From NCBI GenBank assembly GCA_044376115.1, contig JBILLK010000021.1:96001-160000 (forward strand): a stretch of DNA of 64,000 nt, written 5' to 3'. Each line of letters opens with the position of its first letter. The first letter of the stretch is position 1. Under the pieces are notes generated by a model, which did no database searches, was not told the origin of the DNA, and saw only the letters and a program-made list of their open reading frames with translations. Position numbers and translations under genes: made by a program. The DNA comes from Polyangiaceae bacterium. Lineage in GTDB: Bacteria; Myxococcota_A; Polyangia; Polyangiales; Polyangiaceae. Shown here piece after piece: positions 29,219 through 38,664 of the stretch.

Positions 29219-29773
29219 ATGAAGGCCAGCGCTTTCTACGGGCCTTTGCGGCTCATCGGGTACACGGCCATGCTCTCTGGCTGCAGCTACGGCGTGAGGG
29301 GTGGGCCAACCACGGTGCTCAACACCGCAGGAGTTGCATCGGTCGGCGGGGGTGTGACGGCGGGTTTCGGTCTCGCCGACGACCACGGGGAGCTGCAAGG
29401 CCTTCATGTCACTGCCAGCCTGTACAACCTCGGCTACGATCTCGTGGGGAAGGGGCTTGCGGGGCTCGGAGGCGCGGGCTTCGAATACTTTTACCAACCA
29501 CTTGGTAGTCACCCGTTTGGCTTTCGCGCGGGACTCGAGACCGGACTTGGAGCGACGCCGCAATTCCCGTTTGGCCTCATCGGAGCCTCGGCCGGCGCAC
29601 GCTACGCCTTCGTCGACGGAAACGAGTTTCCATTCGTCGATCTTGGCGGCTCGATCGGCCCCGGGATCGGCATGGATGGTGAGGCGGGAAGGTCCTCCCC
29701 GTGGGGACTTGCCGGCACGCTCAACCTTTCGATCGGTTGGCTCCACGTCGACCACATCGACATGAAGCTCTGA
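29219..29773 (+). CDS. Hypothetical Gly-rich beta-barrel-like lipoprotein
   Basis: LSGC lipobox; TACCAT-N7-ATG upstream. Confidence 0.55.
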   Translation: MKASAFYGPLRLIGYTAMLSGCSYGVRGGPTTVLNTAGVASVGGGVTAGFGLADDHGELQGLHVTASLYNLGYDLVGKGLAGLGGAGFEYFYQPLGSHPFGFRAGLETGLGATPQFPFGLIGASAGARYAFVDGNEFPFVDLGGSIGPGIGMDGEAGRSSPWGLAGTLNLSIGWLHVDHIDMKL

Positions 29774-29804
29774 CGTGCGGACTGCCAATCGACGCGATCG
29801 TCGC

Positions 29805-31361
29805 TCAGGCGAGCGGCCCGACAGCGGCCTCGACGGCACGGCGCACCTCGCCAGCGACCACGTGGCGCGCGAGCGCTTCGAAGTCGAGGTAAAGCGGCCG
29901 ATCCTCCTCCAAGCTCTTCACCACCTCGCGCACCGAAGCGAACGCCGCTTCGATCGCCTTGGCGGCCTGCAGCGGCCTGCGCAACTCCACGCCAGCGCAG
30001 GCGACCATCAGCTCGATCGAGAGCACGTTCTCGGTGTTGCGCACCACCTCGGCGAGCTTCTTGGCGCTGATGCTCCCCATGCTGACGTGATCTTCACGAC
30101 CGGCGCTCGAAGGGATCGAGTCGACGCTGGCGGGGTGACACAGCACCTTGTTTTCGCTGACCAGCGAGGCCGAGGTGACCTGCGCGATCATGAAGCCCGA
30201 ATGCAGCCCGCTGTTTTTTGCGAGGAAGGGCGGCAAGCCGCTGGAGAGGGCCGGGTTGACCAGCTGCTCGACCCGACGCTCGGAGATATTGCACAGCTCA
30301 GCGCAAGCGATGGCCGCCAGATCCAACGCCAGCGCAACCGGCTGCCCGTGAAAGTTACCGCCGGAAACCAGCTCCAACGCACCGTCTTGATCGAATAGGA
30401 CGGTGGGGTTGTCGGTCACGCTGTTGACCTCCACGCGCAGCACCTCGGCCGCATACGCGAGTGCATCACGCGTGGCGCCGTGCACCTGCGGCATGCAACG
30501 CAAGGAGTACGGGTCTTGGACTTTGCCGCAGTCTTTGTGGCTCGCCATCAGCGGGCTGTCGGCTAGGAGCTGGCGCAGATTGGAGGCGACAGCCGCTTGC
30601 CCCGGATGCGGCCGCAATTGCATCAGCCGTGCGTCGAACGGCGTCTTGGTGCCTTTGAGCGCCTCCAGGCTGGTCGCTCCGCAAATGTCCGCCATGGTCG
30701 CGAGCTCCTGCGCGCGCACCACCGCTAACGCGCCGAGCGCGGTCATGTATTGCGTGCCGTTGATCAGCGCGAGGCCCTCCTTGGCAGCGAACACCACCGG
30801 CTCGAGCCCTGCGCGCTGCAACGCGCCCAAGCTCGGCTCGGTCTTCCCGTCTGCGGTCAGCACCTCGCCTTCGCCCATCAGCGCCAGCGCCAAATGCGCG
30901 AGCGGCGCAAGATCCCCCGAAGCACCGACGCTGCCTTGCGAAGGCACGCGCGGAACGACGTCGGCGTTGAGCATCGCCACCAGCAGATCCACCACCAGCG
31001 GCCGTACGCCGGAACAACCGAGCGCCACCACCTGCGCGCGCAGCACCATCATCGCGCGGACCTCGGCGCGTCCGAGGTTGGGCCCGACGCCGCAAGCGTG
31101 ACTGCGCACCAAGTTCTTTTGCAACGCGGTGATGTCCGCTTGCGAGATGCGCGTCTCGGCCAGCGCGCCGAAGCCGGTGTTCACACCGTAAACGAAGGGC
31201 CCGGCGTCGCCGGCTCGAACGATCTCCTCGATCGCCTCGCGCGAGGTTTGAACGCGCGCCCGCGCTTCATCACACAACTGCACGGGGCGTAGACCTCGCG
31301 CAACGTCAACGAGGTCTCGAAGGGAAAGCGGCTTGCCGATCGTAACGGGCTGAGCGTTCAT
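29805..31361 (-). CDS. hutH: Histidine ammonia-lyase
   Basis: YGVNTGFG, GSVGASGDLAPLAH (MIO-forming ASG), VQDPYSLRCMPQVHG, EDHVSMG. Confidence 0.95.
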   Translation of the reverse strand: MNAQPVTIGKPLSLRDLVDVARGLRPVQLCDEARARVQTSREAIEEIVRAGDAGPFVYGVNTGFGALAETRISQADITALQKNLVRSHACGVGPNLGRAEVRAMMVLRAQVVALGCSGVRPLVVDLLVAMLNADVVPRVPSQGSVGASGDLAPLAHLALALMGEGEVLTADGKTEPSLGALQRAGLEPVVFAAKEGLALINGTQYMTALGALAVVRAQELATMADICGATSLEALKGTKTPFDARLMQLRPHPGQAAVASNLRQLLADSPLMASHKDCGKVQDPYSLRCMPQVHGATRDALAYAAEVLRVEVNSVTDNPTVLFDQDGALELVSGGNFHGQPVALALDLAAIACAELCNISERRVEQLVNPALSSGLPPFLAKNSGLHSGFMIAQVTSASLVSENKVLCHPASVDSIPSSAGREDHVSMGSISAKKLAEVVRNTENVLSIELMVACAGVELRRPLQAAKAIEAAFASVREVVKSLEEDRPLYLDFEALARHVVAGEVRRAVEAAVGPLA

Positions 31362-31496
31362 CGGGCCCAGCAAAGGTTAACTAGCGCGAGCGGTCAACAC
31401 GTCGAAGTGACCGGCTTGCTGCCAAGTTTGCTGGTCCATCTTTTTCGTTCGATCACGGCTTACAGCGGGGCGGGATCCGGCTAGCAATGGATCCCC

Positions 31497-31838
31497 TTGT
31501 TGAGCCGACGCGAGGATCCATTTCCGTTCGAGGCCGTGCGCGACCTCTTGGGGATCGTTCGTGCGATCTACGCAGCGGCTCGGGTTCGGCAGGCCGGCCG
31601 GGTTGAACTCCAACGCATCGCGGCCGTTGGGCGCGACCTGTCCGAGGCGCTCGAGCTAGCGGTCAGTTCCAGGCCCGATACAGTGGGGTATCGCGCAGCG
31701 TGGACGCGAGCCGAGATGGGCACGCGCAAAGCGGCCGAGCTCGTGGACGCGCTCACGCCCGCCGAGCCGCTCCTCAACGCAGCGCTCGGTCGCGTCACCG
31801 GCACCCGCGCGAGGAAGCGCAAGTCCGAGTCACGCTGA
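31497..31838 (+). CDS. Small helical hypothetical protein
   Basis: 113-aa ORF divergent from hutH, predicted all-alpha. Confidence 0.55.
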   Translation: MLSRREDPFPFEAVRDLLGIVRAIYAAARVRQAGRVELQRIAAVGRDLSEALELAVSSRPDTVGYRAAWTRAEMGTRKAAELVDALTPAEPLLNAALGRVTGTRARKRKSESR

Positions 31839-31884
31839 ACCTCGCGCGGTAGACGCGCGACGCGAGCTAAGGCACCTTCGCTCG

Positions 31885-32436
31885 ATGAACGTAAAGTCAT
31901 CGATCGCGGTTGTCCTCATCGTCGCAGGCTGCGGGGACGACGCGAGCTCGACCACCGGAGCGGGCGGCGGAACGGGTGGCGCCACGACCTCGACTTCCTC
32001 GGGACCGACGAGCACGTCCTCAGGCGCGGAGGGCGGGTCGACGTCGTCGACCTCATCGTCGTCGTCCGACAGCACCACGACCGTCTCGAGCTCGAGTCAG
32101 GGCGGAGCGGGTGGAGGCACCGGCGGAGCCGGCATGGGCGGCGGTACCACGGGCATCGAGGAGGCGCTCGCGGCCTGCGAGCAATGGCGCGCGGGCTATA
32201 GCGAGGTTTCCCTCCTTCTCGGCTGCAACGACCCCGACGTCGATGACCCGACGTACTGCGACGAGTTCGCCGCCAACGACTGCCTCCTGGAGTCGGGAGC
32301 ACTTTGGGCCTGCGAAGCGCCATCCTTCATCGAGAGCAACTGCGCGTGTGTGGACCCGAAGAACGGGCCTTTCCTCGATTGTGTGAACGACTGCGCGGTG
32401 GAGCTGCAAAACCTCATCAACTGCTTCGGCTCCTGA
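31885..32436 (+). CDS. Cys-rich lipoprotein with Ser/Thr/Gly linker
   Basis: VAGCGDD lipobox. Confidence 0.7.
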   Translation: MNVKSSIAVVLIVAGCGDDASSTTGAGGGTGGATTSTSSGPTSTSSGAEGGSTSSTSSSSSDSTTTVSSSSQGGAGGGTGGAGMGGGTTGIEEALAACEQWRAGYSEVSLLLGCNDPDVDDPTYCDEFAANDCLLESGALWACEAPSFIESNCACVDPKNGPFLDCVNDCAVELQNLINCFGS

Positions 32437-32457
32437 TTGGAAGCCCGCGCCCCTCGC

Positions 32458-33345
32458 TCAGCTTCCAGCCATCTTCAGCGCGTAGGCTGAGATCGCGCGA
32501 TTGCCGAGCGCCTCACCGCCGCTGGCGATGAGTTGCCATTGCTCGGTGGAGAGCGTGAGGGAGCGCAACTCCGAGCGCAGCACCGAAGCGACGAAGCGCG
32601 GCTCTCCGCAGAAGAGGGCGCTGAGCAGTTGCTCGCGCTCGCCGGGGCCACCGCGGGCGAGCGCGTCCTGCGCCTTGGCTTCATTCTTGGCGTTGACGGC
32701 CTCGACCATCAGCTCAACGGCAGCCGTCGCCGCGCGCCGCGCAGCCTCGGCCTTTTGCTCGCGAGCATGCGCCTCGTCTCGCGCCTCAGCGGCGCGGTCG
32801 CGCTGTGCGAGGTACGCCTCGCCAAAACCTTTCTCCACCCGGTAGTCGCCGTTGCATACAGCCTCGGCGTAGGACGTGAGCCACGACTCGACCGACGGCG
32901 CCAGCAGGTGAAGGCACGGGGAGTCGTCGTGGGCAACGCGGAACACGCGGCCCGAATCGGCGTTCACGGCCACTCCGTCGGAGTCGCGCGCACAAATCAT
33001 CAGCCAGGCCTGCGAGCCGATCTCCGCGGCGTTGAGGCCCGAGTCAGCGAGCGCGCGAGGGGAGCTCGTGCTGTACTGCACGTACTCGGCGAACTGTTCA
33101 CTATCTGCTTGGGCGCTCGAGAGCAGATCGTACGTCTGGTAAAAGCCGTCTTGCTCGGCGAGCTGGCCGTCATGCACCGACCAAAGCGCGCGCAGCGCCA
33201 CGGGCAACCGGAAGCCGAGCCGCGCCTCCGCCGCCTCGAGGTCCTCCTCCGACGCTCCCGACGCGAGGTTGCTGGCGATCGCCTTGGCGCCGTGCTTCAT
33301 CATCCAGCCTTCGATGCGCGAGAATGCCGTCTCGATCGTACTCAT
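32458..33345 (-). CDS. SMI1/KNR4 (SUKH) family protein
   Basis: GASEEDLEAAEARLGFRLPVALRALWSVHDG, the hallmark SMI1/KNR4 N-terminus. Confidence 0.85.
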   Translation of the reverse strand: MSTIETAFSRIEGWMMKHGAKAIASNLASGASEEDLEAAEARLGFRLPVALRALWSVHDGQLAEQDGFYQTYDLLSSAQADSEQFAEYVQYSTSSPRALADSGLNAAEIGSQAWLMICARDSDGVAVNADSGRVFRVAHDDSPCLHLLAPSVESWLTSYAEAVCNGDYRVEKGFGEAYLAQRDRAAEARDEAHAREQKAEAARRAATAAVELMVEAVNAKNEAKAQDALARGGPGEREQLLSALFCGEPRFVASVLRSELRSLTLSTEQWQLIASGGEALGNRAISAYALKMAGS

Positions 33346-33428
33346 CGCGCAACGTTAGCGGAGTTCGTCCTGGCGTGCGTCGCGGTTGGGCGCCGTGGAC
33401 CGCGCTTCGGGCTACGCTGCAGGCAACG

Positions 33429-34274
33429 ATGACCTCTGCTCCGCTCGCCCCGACCACAAATCAACCTCGGATGCTGGTCGCCCCCGAGCTGCGCAACGTG
33501 GACTACAACCCAGCGACCGATGCTCCGTTCGGTCCCAAACTACCAACGCTGAAGTCGGTGCTCGATTGGCTGATCCCGCCGAAGCTGATGCCGGTACTCA
33601 CCGCCTGGGGGCTGCTCGCGGATCGCGTCTACCCGTGGACCGCCATCACTTGGATCAACAGTCGCACCACGGGCACCAACACCGGTCCCGGCTTCAACCC
33701 TTTGCTCAACTCCTACGACGACAACACCCGCCCCGACCGCGAGAGCCACGTCGAGTTTCAAACCCCCGGCGGCTACTACAACCTCTCGGGTCCCTACATG
33801 CCTATGCTCGAAGGCCTGCCGCAGCTGCTACCGCGTTATCAGTGGCTCGCCACGAGGCCGCTCGCGCTCGATCTGGCCGGGCAAACCATTCTGCCCCCGG
33901 GCCCCGGCAGCTTCGCACGGATGCTAGAGGCTGCACGCACGGCCGCTCCTCCACTACTCGAGAACGTCGCTGGCTACCGTGAGAACCGCACGCGGCTCTC
34001 AGCGCATGGCAAGACCGTGCTGACGAACGCGCTGCTGTATGAACCAACACAGGCCGATCCCGGCATGCTCGCGGCGGTGATCGCCGCGCTCTACGGCGCC
34101 ACCGAGCTCGCCGACGAGATCGGGCAATGCATCCTCAGCCCAGACCCGCTGTTTGCAGCCACCGCCAAAGTCGCGGCGAGCAAGCTCGGCATGGGGGCGA
34201 TCGTGACCGGCCAACCAGAAGAAGTGACACCCTTCCTCCACCCCGCCGACGCACAGGCCTTACGAGCCTGGTAG
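33429..34274 (+). CDS. Hypothetical protein, first gene of the putative retron operon
   Basis: 281-aa ORF ending 50 bp before the WGR/HEAT gene on the same strand. Confidence 0.6.
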   Translation: MTSAPLAPTTNQPRMLVAPELRNVDYNPATDAPFGPKLPTLKSVLDWLIPPKLMPVLTAWGLLADRVYPWTAITWINSRTTGTNTGPGFNPLLNSYDDNTRPDRESHVEFQTPGGYYNLSGPYMPMLEGLPQLLPRYQWLATRPLALDLAGQTILPPGPGSFARMLEAARTAAPPLLENVAGYRENRTRLSAHGKTVLTNALLYEPTQADPGMLAAVIAALYGATELADEIGQCILSPDPLFAATAKVAASKLGMGAIVTGQPEEVTPFLHPADAQALRAW

Positions 34275-34324
34275 CAGGAGCGCGTCAAACCACGTAGGCT
34301 GCGCGCACCTTCGGGAGGAACGAC

Positions 34325-36325
34325 GTGCCGCGACTCGAGCGAATTATTCCCGCTGTACCTGCTCGAAGGGCGGTCAATCCGTTCACCAAAGAAGCCTTCA
34401 AGGTCCCTGCGGTGCCAGCCTCCACGTGGGTCTTCGAGATCGAGCAAACCGGCGCCCTCCTCCACCTCGCGCAAGGCGAACTGGGCAATGAGCGCATCAG
34501 CAAGAAGGCCTTCCCGAACGAAGAGGCCGCCACCAGCGAGTACCATCGGCAGATCAAGCGCAAGCTACGCCAGCACTATGTCGCGAGCGGGCCTGCACGC
34601 CTCCTGAGCTCCGGTGACGGTTCACTTGCGGGAGGCCAACCTCACGATGATTCGCCGCCGCCCTCCTTGATCTGGCTCGAGCAGGCCTTCGCCAGTGAGG
34701 ACGAACGCTTCGTCAGCGAGCTCTTTCGCTTTCACAAGGTCGAGCAGGCGGCCTCCTTCGCCAAGAGCTGGATCGCGGATACGCGGCCGTTCGCCCGCCG
34801 CGCGCTGCTCGCCTACGTCGCGGATGGCTGTGATCGCATGGGTCACAAAGCGCTCGTCAAAAGGCTCTTCAAGCAGGCCGAACAAGCTGAGGATGACGAG
34901 CTGATGGGCCACTTCATGGTCGCGTTCGATCGGCTGGTGAAGCGCTCGCGCGTGGTTCGTCGTGGCGTCGGCTCCTTCGTGTTCGACCCTGCGCTCCGCG
35001 CGCAGCTCGGCGAAGGCGAGAAGTCGGAGCAGTTCTCGATCGCGACCCGTCGCTACCTCGCGCGGCGCGCGTTTCGTTACTTCAGGCTACTCGGGCGAAA
35101 GGACGTCGCGCGCTACGGACGCGCGATGCGCCATACCTTGAGCCTCTATCGCGATGAACACCTCAGCCAGCCGATGCGCCTGCTCGACGCTTGGGGCCTG
35201 GCCAACGCGCTTTATGGCCGCTCTTCGGTGCTCGAATTTCGGCCGCGAGGCATCCGCCTCGCTGCCGGCCAAACGCTCGAGTCGCTGCGGCCCGCGCCCT
35301 TCTTGCCCGAGGCCTTCACCGGCTGCTTCGGTGAACTCGTTCCGCTGCTGGCCCGCTCCAACTCGCGGCCGGTTCGGCGCTTCTTCAAGGAGCTGCTCGA
35401 GACCAATCACAAGCAGGAGCTCGCTGCGCTCACCATCCCCGAGCTGCGCGGTCTTTTGTCGAGCCCCCACGATGAAGCGCACGAGCTCGGAGCCACGCTG
35501 CTCAAGACGGCCAAAGGTGCCGAGCGGCTCACCGTCGACGAGTGGCTCGCCCTGCTCGATACGCCCAACCTCGACATCGTCGCGCTGGTGTGTGAGGCCA
35601 TCGCGCAGCACGTGACGCCGGCGCGCTTGTCGCTGGCCCAAACCATCGAGCTTGCCTGCTCCAAGCGCGCGCCGGTGGCGCACCTCGGGCTCTCTTGGTT
35701 CTTGGCGAAGCCGCTCGAGAACGAGCAGGACCTGCGGGTCGCGACCACGCTCGGCCGGGCAACGGTCGAGGCGGTCCGTCGGCAGGCCGCCGATCACCTG
35801 CGGTCGAAGTTGCTCAAGCTCAGCTTCGCCAGCGCGGAGCACTTGCGCGAGCTGATCGACGCGCCTTACGCCGACGTCCGCGCGGTCGGGCTCGAGCTGC
35901 TGGCGAGCGAGCCCAAATTCGCTGAGAGCACCATGCTCTGGTGGGCGCTCTCCGAGTCACCCTGGAAAGACGTGCGAGCCTTCGCCACCAAACACAGCAA
36001 GCGCTGGCTTGCGGCGAAGGACGAGCTCGCGGCGCCCAAGACGGCCCAGTTCTTCGCCACCACCATGCTCTCGATCCACGGCGGCTCGAAGGCCAAACGC
36101 AAGGCCATGCGCGACGTCGTGAGCCACGCAGTAAGCCCATCGAAGGAAGCACCGCAAGCCGAGGTGCTCGCCCTGGTGCGGCACGTCGCGCGCAGCGTTC
36201 GCCCCACCGAACGAGCGATCGCCTTGGCAGCGCTCGCGCGAGCGCTCCGCGTTCGTCCAGAGCTCGCAGACGCGGTGCGCGAGCTCCTGCCCGAAGTCTC
36301 TTTCTCCGGAGTGACCACCCAATGA
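34325..36325 (+). CDS. Retron-associated protein: degenerate WGR-like N-domain plus HEAT/ARM-repeat region
   Basis: GGAGG RBS; WVFEIEQ.G..LHLAQGELG...KKAF.NEEAA..EY.RQIKRKLRQHY resembles WGR; helical repeats such as LLSSPHDEAHELG, LIDAPYADVRAVG, LSESPWKDVRAF. Confidence 0.75.
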   Translation: MPRLERIIPAVPARRAVNPFTKEAFKVPAVPASTWVFEIEQTGALLHLAQGELGNERISKKAFPNEEAATSEYHRQIKRKLRQHYVASGPARLLSSGDGSLAGGQPHDDSPPPSLIWLEQAFASEDERFVSELFRFHKVEQAASFAKSWIADTRPFARRALLAYVADGCDRMGHKALVKRLFKQAEQAEDDELMGHFMVAFDRLVKRSRVVRRGVGSFVFDPALRAQLGEGEKSEQFSIATRRYLARRAFRYFRLLGRKDVARYGRAMRHTLSLYRDEHLSQPMRLLDAWGLANALYGRSSVLEFRPRGIRLAAGQTLESLRPAPFLPEAFTGCFGELVPLLARSNSRPVRRFFKELLETNHKQELAALTIPELRGLLSSPHDEAHELGATLLKTAKGAERLTVDEWLALLDTPNLDIVALVCEAIAQHVTPARLSLAQTIELACSKRAPVAHLGLSWFLAKPLENEQDLRVATTLGRATVEAVRRQAADHLRSKLLKLSFASAEHLRELIDAPYADVRAVGLELLASEPKFAESTMLWWALSESPWKDVRAFATKHSKRWLAAKDELAAPKTAQFFATTMLSIHGGSKAKRKAMRDVVSHAVSPSKEAPQAEVLALVRHVARSVRPTERAIALAALARALRVRPELADAVRELLPEVSFSGVTTQ

Positions 36326-38373
36326 GGCTCGATCTTCGTTACCTCGGCGCGAGCGGCCTCAAGACCACCACCGGCGGCGCGAGCGCCCTCGCCTTCGCGC
36401 CGAACCTCGCGCGCCCCAAGGTCTTCTTCGACGCGGACCTGGTCCACCCGGTTCGCTATCGCGAGGCGATGAGCGCGCTGCACGACGTCGTGGTCGGCGA
36501 TCTACGCTTCAAGAAGAAGGACAAATCCGCCTATGAAGCGTGGAAAACCGAGCAGCGAAACCAGGAGCAAACGCTTCGTGCCCAGCTGACCGACAACACC
36601 ATCAAACGCGAACTGGCGAAGATGAAGGCCGAGCCCATCCCAGCGGATCTCGATCAGCAGTTCCGCGACGCGCACCGGCTGTATTGGAACCGCCGCGTCG
36701 CTTGGGCCGGAGAGCTGATGCGCAATGATCCGGATCTGTTCCGTGCGCTCGTCCCGTGTGACCCGGTCGTCACCGTCGCGCCGGATTGCGTGTTCTTCGA
36801 ATGCTTCTCGAAAGACGAGTCGGCTTACGGTTGTTTATCGGTCGCGCGCGACGCCTTTCGTGCCGAGGCCGGCGCCGGCCTAGGCACCACCAACGTCGAC
36901 TACTCGCTCGCGCTCTACGATCACTTCCAATCGCTACGCAGCTATCGCTCGACGCGCCTGCTCGTCGATCCGAGCGGCTTCGAGGTGAAGACCGAGGGGC
37001 ACAGCGACGTACGCGAGGAGAAGATCGATCTGCCGCCGTCGTGGTTGCGCGGCTTCGGTCAGCTGCAAGCGGCGATGGCGCTTCCCTGCCGCAAGCTCAC
37101 CCTCTCGGTGGACGTCGTTTATTCGATCCTCGCGCACCTCAAACGGCACCGGGAGAAAGAAGGTCCGCGCAGTTTGCGCTTCAAGCTCGAGCCCGGCAAA
37201 CCGCCGATCGTGGTGATCGAGCCGTGGGGGATCGAGCTCGTTTCGCGCGGTCCGGTGTACCGCGGCGCGGTGAAAGAGGACGTTCGAATCTGGGGACGTC
37301 GCCGGCTATTCGCACTCGCACGCACGCTACCGCTCGCCGAGTCCTACGACCTGCGGCTGTTCGGCACCGGCCTACCGAGCGTGTGGACGGCCAACATGGC
37401 GGAGATGCGCTTCACGCTCGCGCTCTCCGGCTGGACCACCAACGACTGGACGAGCGGCAGTGCGCTGGAGACGCTGTTCGCCGAGCTGCGCCCCGACCGC
37501 GCGCTGGTGGATCGCGCTGCGACTCACCTGGCCGAGGTGCAGCTGAGCTCACGCAGCGCGCTCAGCCAATCGCTCGGTGCCAGCGAGGTCTCGCTCGACG
37601 CGGCGCTGTTCGCGCTCGCGCGCCGCGGGCAGGTGGTGTTCGACTTCGCGAGCGAGCTCGTGCGCTTTCGTTCGATCATGCCGAGCGCGCTCTCGGAGAC
37701 GTTGCTCGGCAGCGAGCCGCTGGAGATCAAGGAAGGCCGCGCGCTCGCAAGCTCGGTGCAATTCACGCGCACCGATCGAGTGGACGCAGGGGTGATCGCC
37801 GTGGCGAAGTTCGGCACGATGGAGGTCGAGGCGCTGATCGATCGCGACGGGCAGATCAAACGCGCGACCTGCAATTGCTCCCACTTCTTCAAGAACCGTC
37901 TGCGCAAAGGCCCGTGCCGTCACCTGATGGCGATGCGGCTCGCGCTCGAGCCGCAAGAACCGCGGGCCGCTGCGCCTCAACCGGCGCCGGTTCGTTCGCC
38001 CGAGCCGCAAGCAGCGGCCGCTCCCAACGCTGCTCCGCCGGCCGACTCGGTGATGCAGATCCAGCTCTTTTCGGCGCCCTGCAGCGAATTCCTCGAGACG
38101 CTGTCCAAGCAACGCGGCCTTCCCTTCGACGAGCTCTTGGTGCGTGGCTGGAAGATCGCCCGCGCCGAGGTGGCCGCGCTCCAGCAAGCGCCCGCCGTGC
38201 CTGAGCTCGCTGAAACGACAGCGCGCACGGTCTACTTACCGCGCGCCATCGCCGAGGAGATCCACAAGGAGGAAGGCCGGCTCAAGTTGCCGTTCCCGTG
38301 GGGGCGCTTGCTCGGCTGGGCCAACTGGCAGGTGCGCAACGCCCTGAAACTTTCCACATCGATCGGCAGCTGA
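36322..38373 (+). CDS. Retron-associated SWIM zinc-finger protein
   Basis: ATGA overlap with the upstream gene; CNC-x12-CRH SWIM motif (CNCSHFFKNRLRKGPCRH); PCDPVVTV..D.VFFECFSKDES and KIDLPPSWLRGF blocks. Confidence 0.85.
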   Translation: MRLDLRYLGASGLKTTTGGASALAFAPNLARPKVFFDADLVHPVRYREAMSALHDVVVGDLRFKKKDKSAYEAWKTEQRNQEQTLRAQLTDNTIKRELAKMKAEPIPADLDQQFRDAHRLYWNRRVAWAGELMRNDPDLFRALVPCDPVVTVAPDCVFFECFSKDESAYGCLSVARDAFRAEAGAGLGTTNVDYSLALYDHFQSLRSYRSTRLLVDPSGFEVKTEGHSDVREEKIDLPPSWLRGFGQLQAAMALPCRKLTLSVDVVYSILAHLKRHREKEGPRSLRFKLEPGKPPIVVIEPWGIELVSRGPVYRGAVKEDVRIWGRRRLFALARTLPLAESYDLRLFGTGLPSVWTANMAEMRFTLALSGWTTNDWTSGSALETLFAELRPDRALVDRAATHLAEVQLSSRSALSQSLGASEVSLDAALFALARRGQVVFDFASELVRFRSIMPSALSETLLGSEPLEIKEGRALASSVQFTRTDRVDAGVIAVAKFGTMEVEALIDRDGQIKRATCNCSHFFKNRLRKGPCRHLMAMRLALEPQEPRAAAPQPAPVRSPEPQAAAAPNAAPPADSVMQIQLFSAPCSEFLETLSKQRGLPFDELLVRGWKIARAEVAALQQAPAVPELAETTARTVYLPRAIAEEIHKEEGRLKLPFPWGRLLGWANWQVRNALKLSTSIGS

Positions 38374-38376
38374 CAC

Positions 38377-38382
38377 TAAGAT
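38377..38382 (+). promoter_or_regulatory. Candidate -10 element for the retron ncRNA
   Basis: TAAGAT lies 7 nt upstream of 38390, the 5' end of the long inverted-repeat arm. Confidence 0.4.
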
Positions 38383-38389
38383 GCAACCC

Positions 38390-38629
38390 GTTCACTTTTC
38401 GAGAGAGGTCCGAGCGCACGAGCCCATCATGCCGCGGTGTTCCGCCGCGGTGGAGTTTGACCACCACTGCCTACCCACGCCCGATGTTCTTTGGGCCCAA
38501 AGGCTCCATGCACGCCCAACTGAGGCGACGACAAGCGTCTCGGTCTCCGCATGGAGCCTCTGGGCCTTCGTGATCGGACGCGGTCCTTCGCACGAAGTCG
38601 AGTTCTCGGGCCTCTCTCGAACGGTGAAC
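38390..38629 (+). ncRNA. Retron msr-msd non-coding RNA
   Basis: Arm 38390-38421 pairs with 38598-38629 (core TTCGAGAGAGGTCCGAG / CTCGGGCCTCTCTCGAA); unpaired G38422 in AGC context; hairpins 38431-38451 and 38449-38465; long stem 38481-38577 with 17/18-bp arms 38494-38511 / 38549-38566; directly upstream of the RT. Confidence 0.85.
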
Positions 38630-38664
38630 AACGCATCTCCGCAACCCTCGCGGAGCCGCGGCGA

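Noticed and set aside
29805..31361. Ammonia-lyase as an aminomutase serving the NRPS cluster
   Set aside because: It has the HAL-type SH motif (LVRSHACG), lies about 19 kb away, and both A domains look glycine-specific.
35941..36321. Extended N-terminus of the 810-aa SWIM ORF
   Set aside because: It overlaps the WGR/HEAT gene out of frame; the ATGA-coupled start at 36322 is more plausible.
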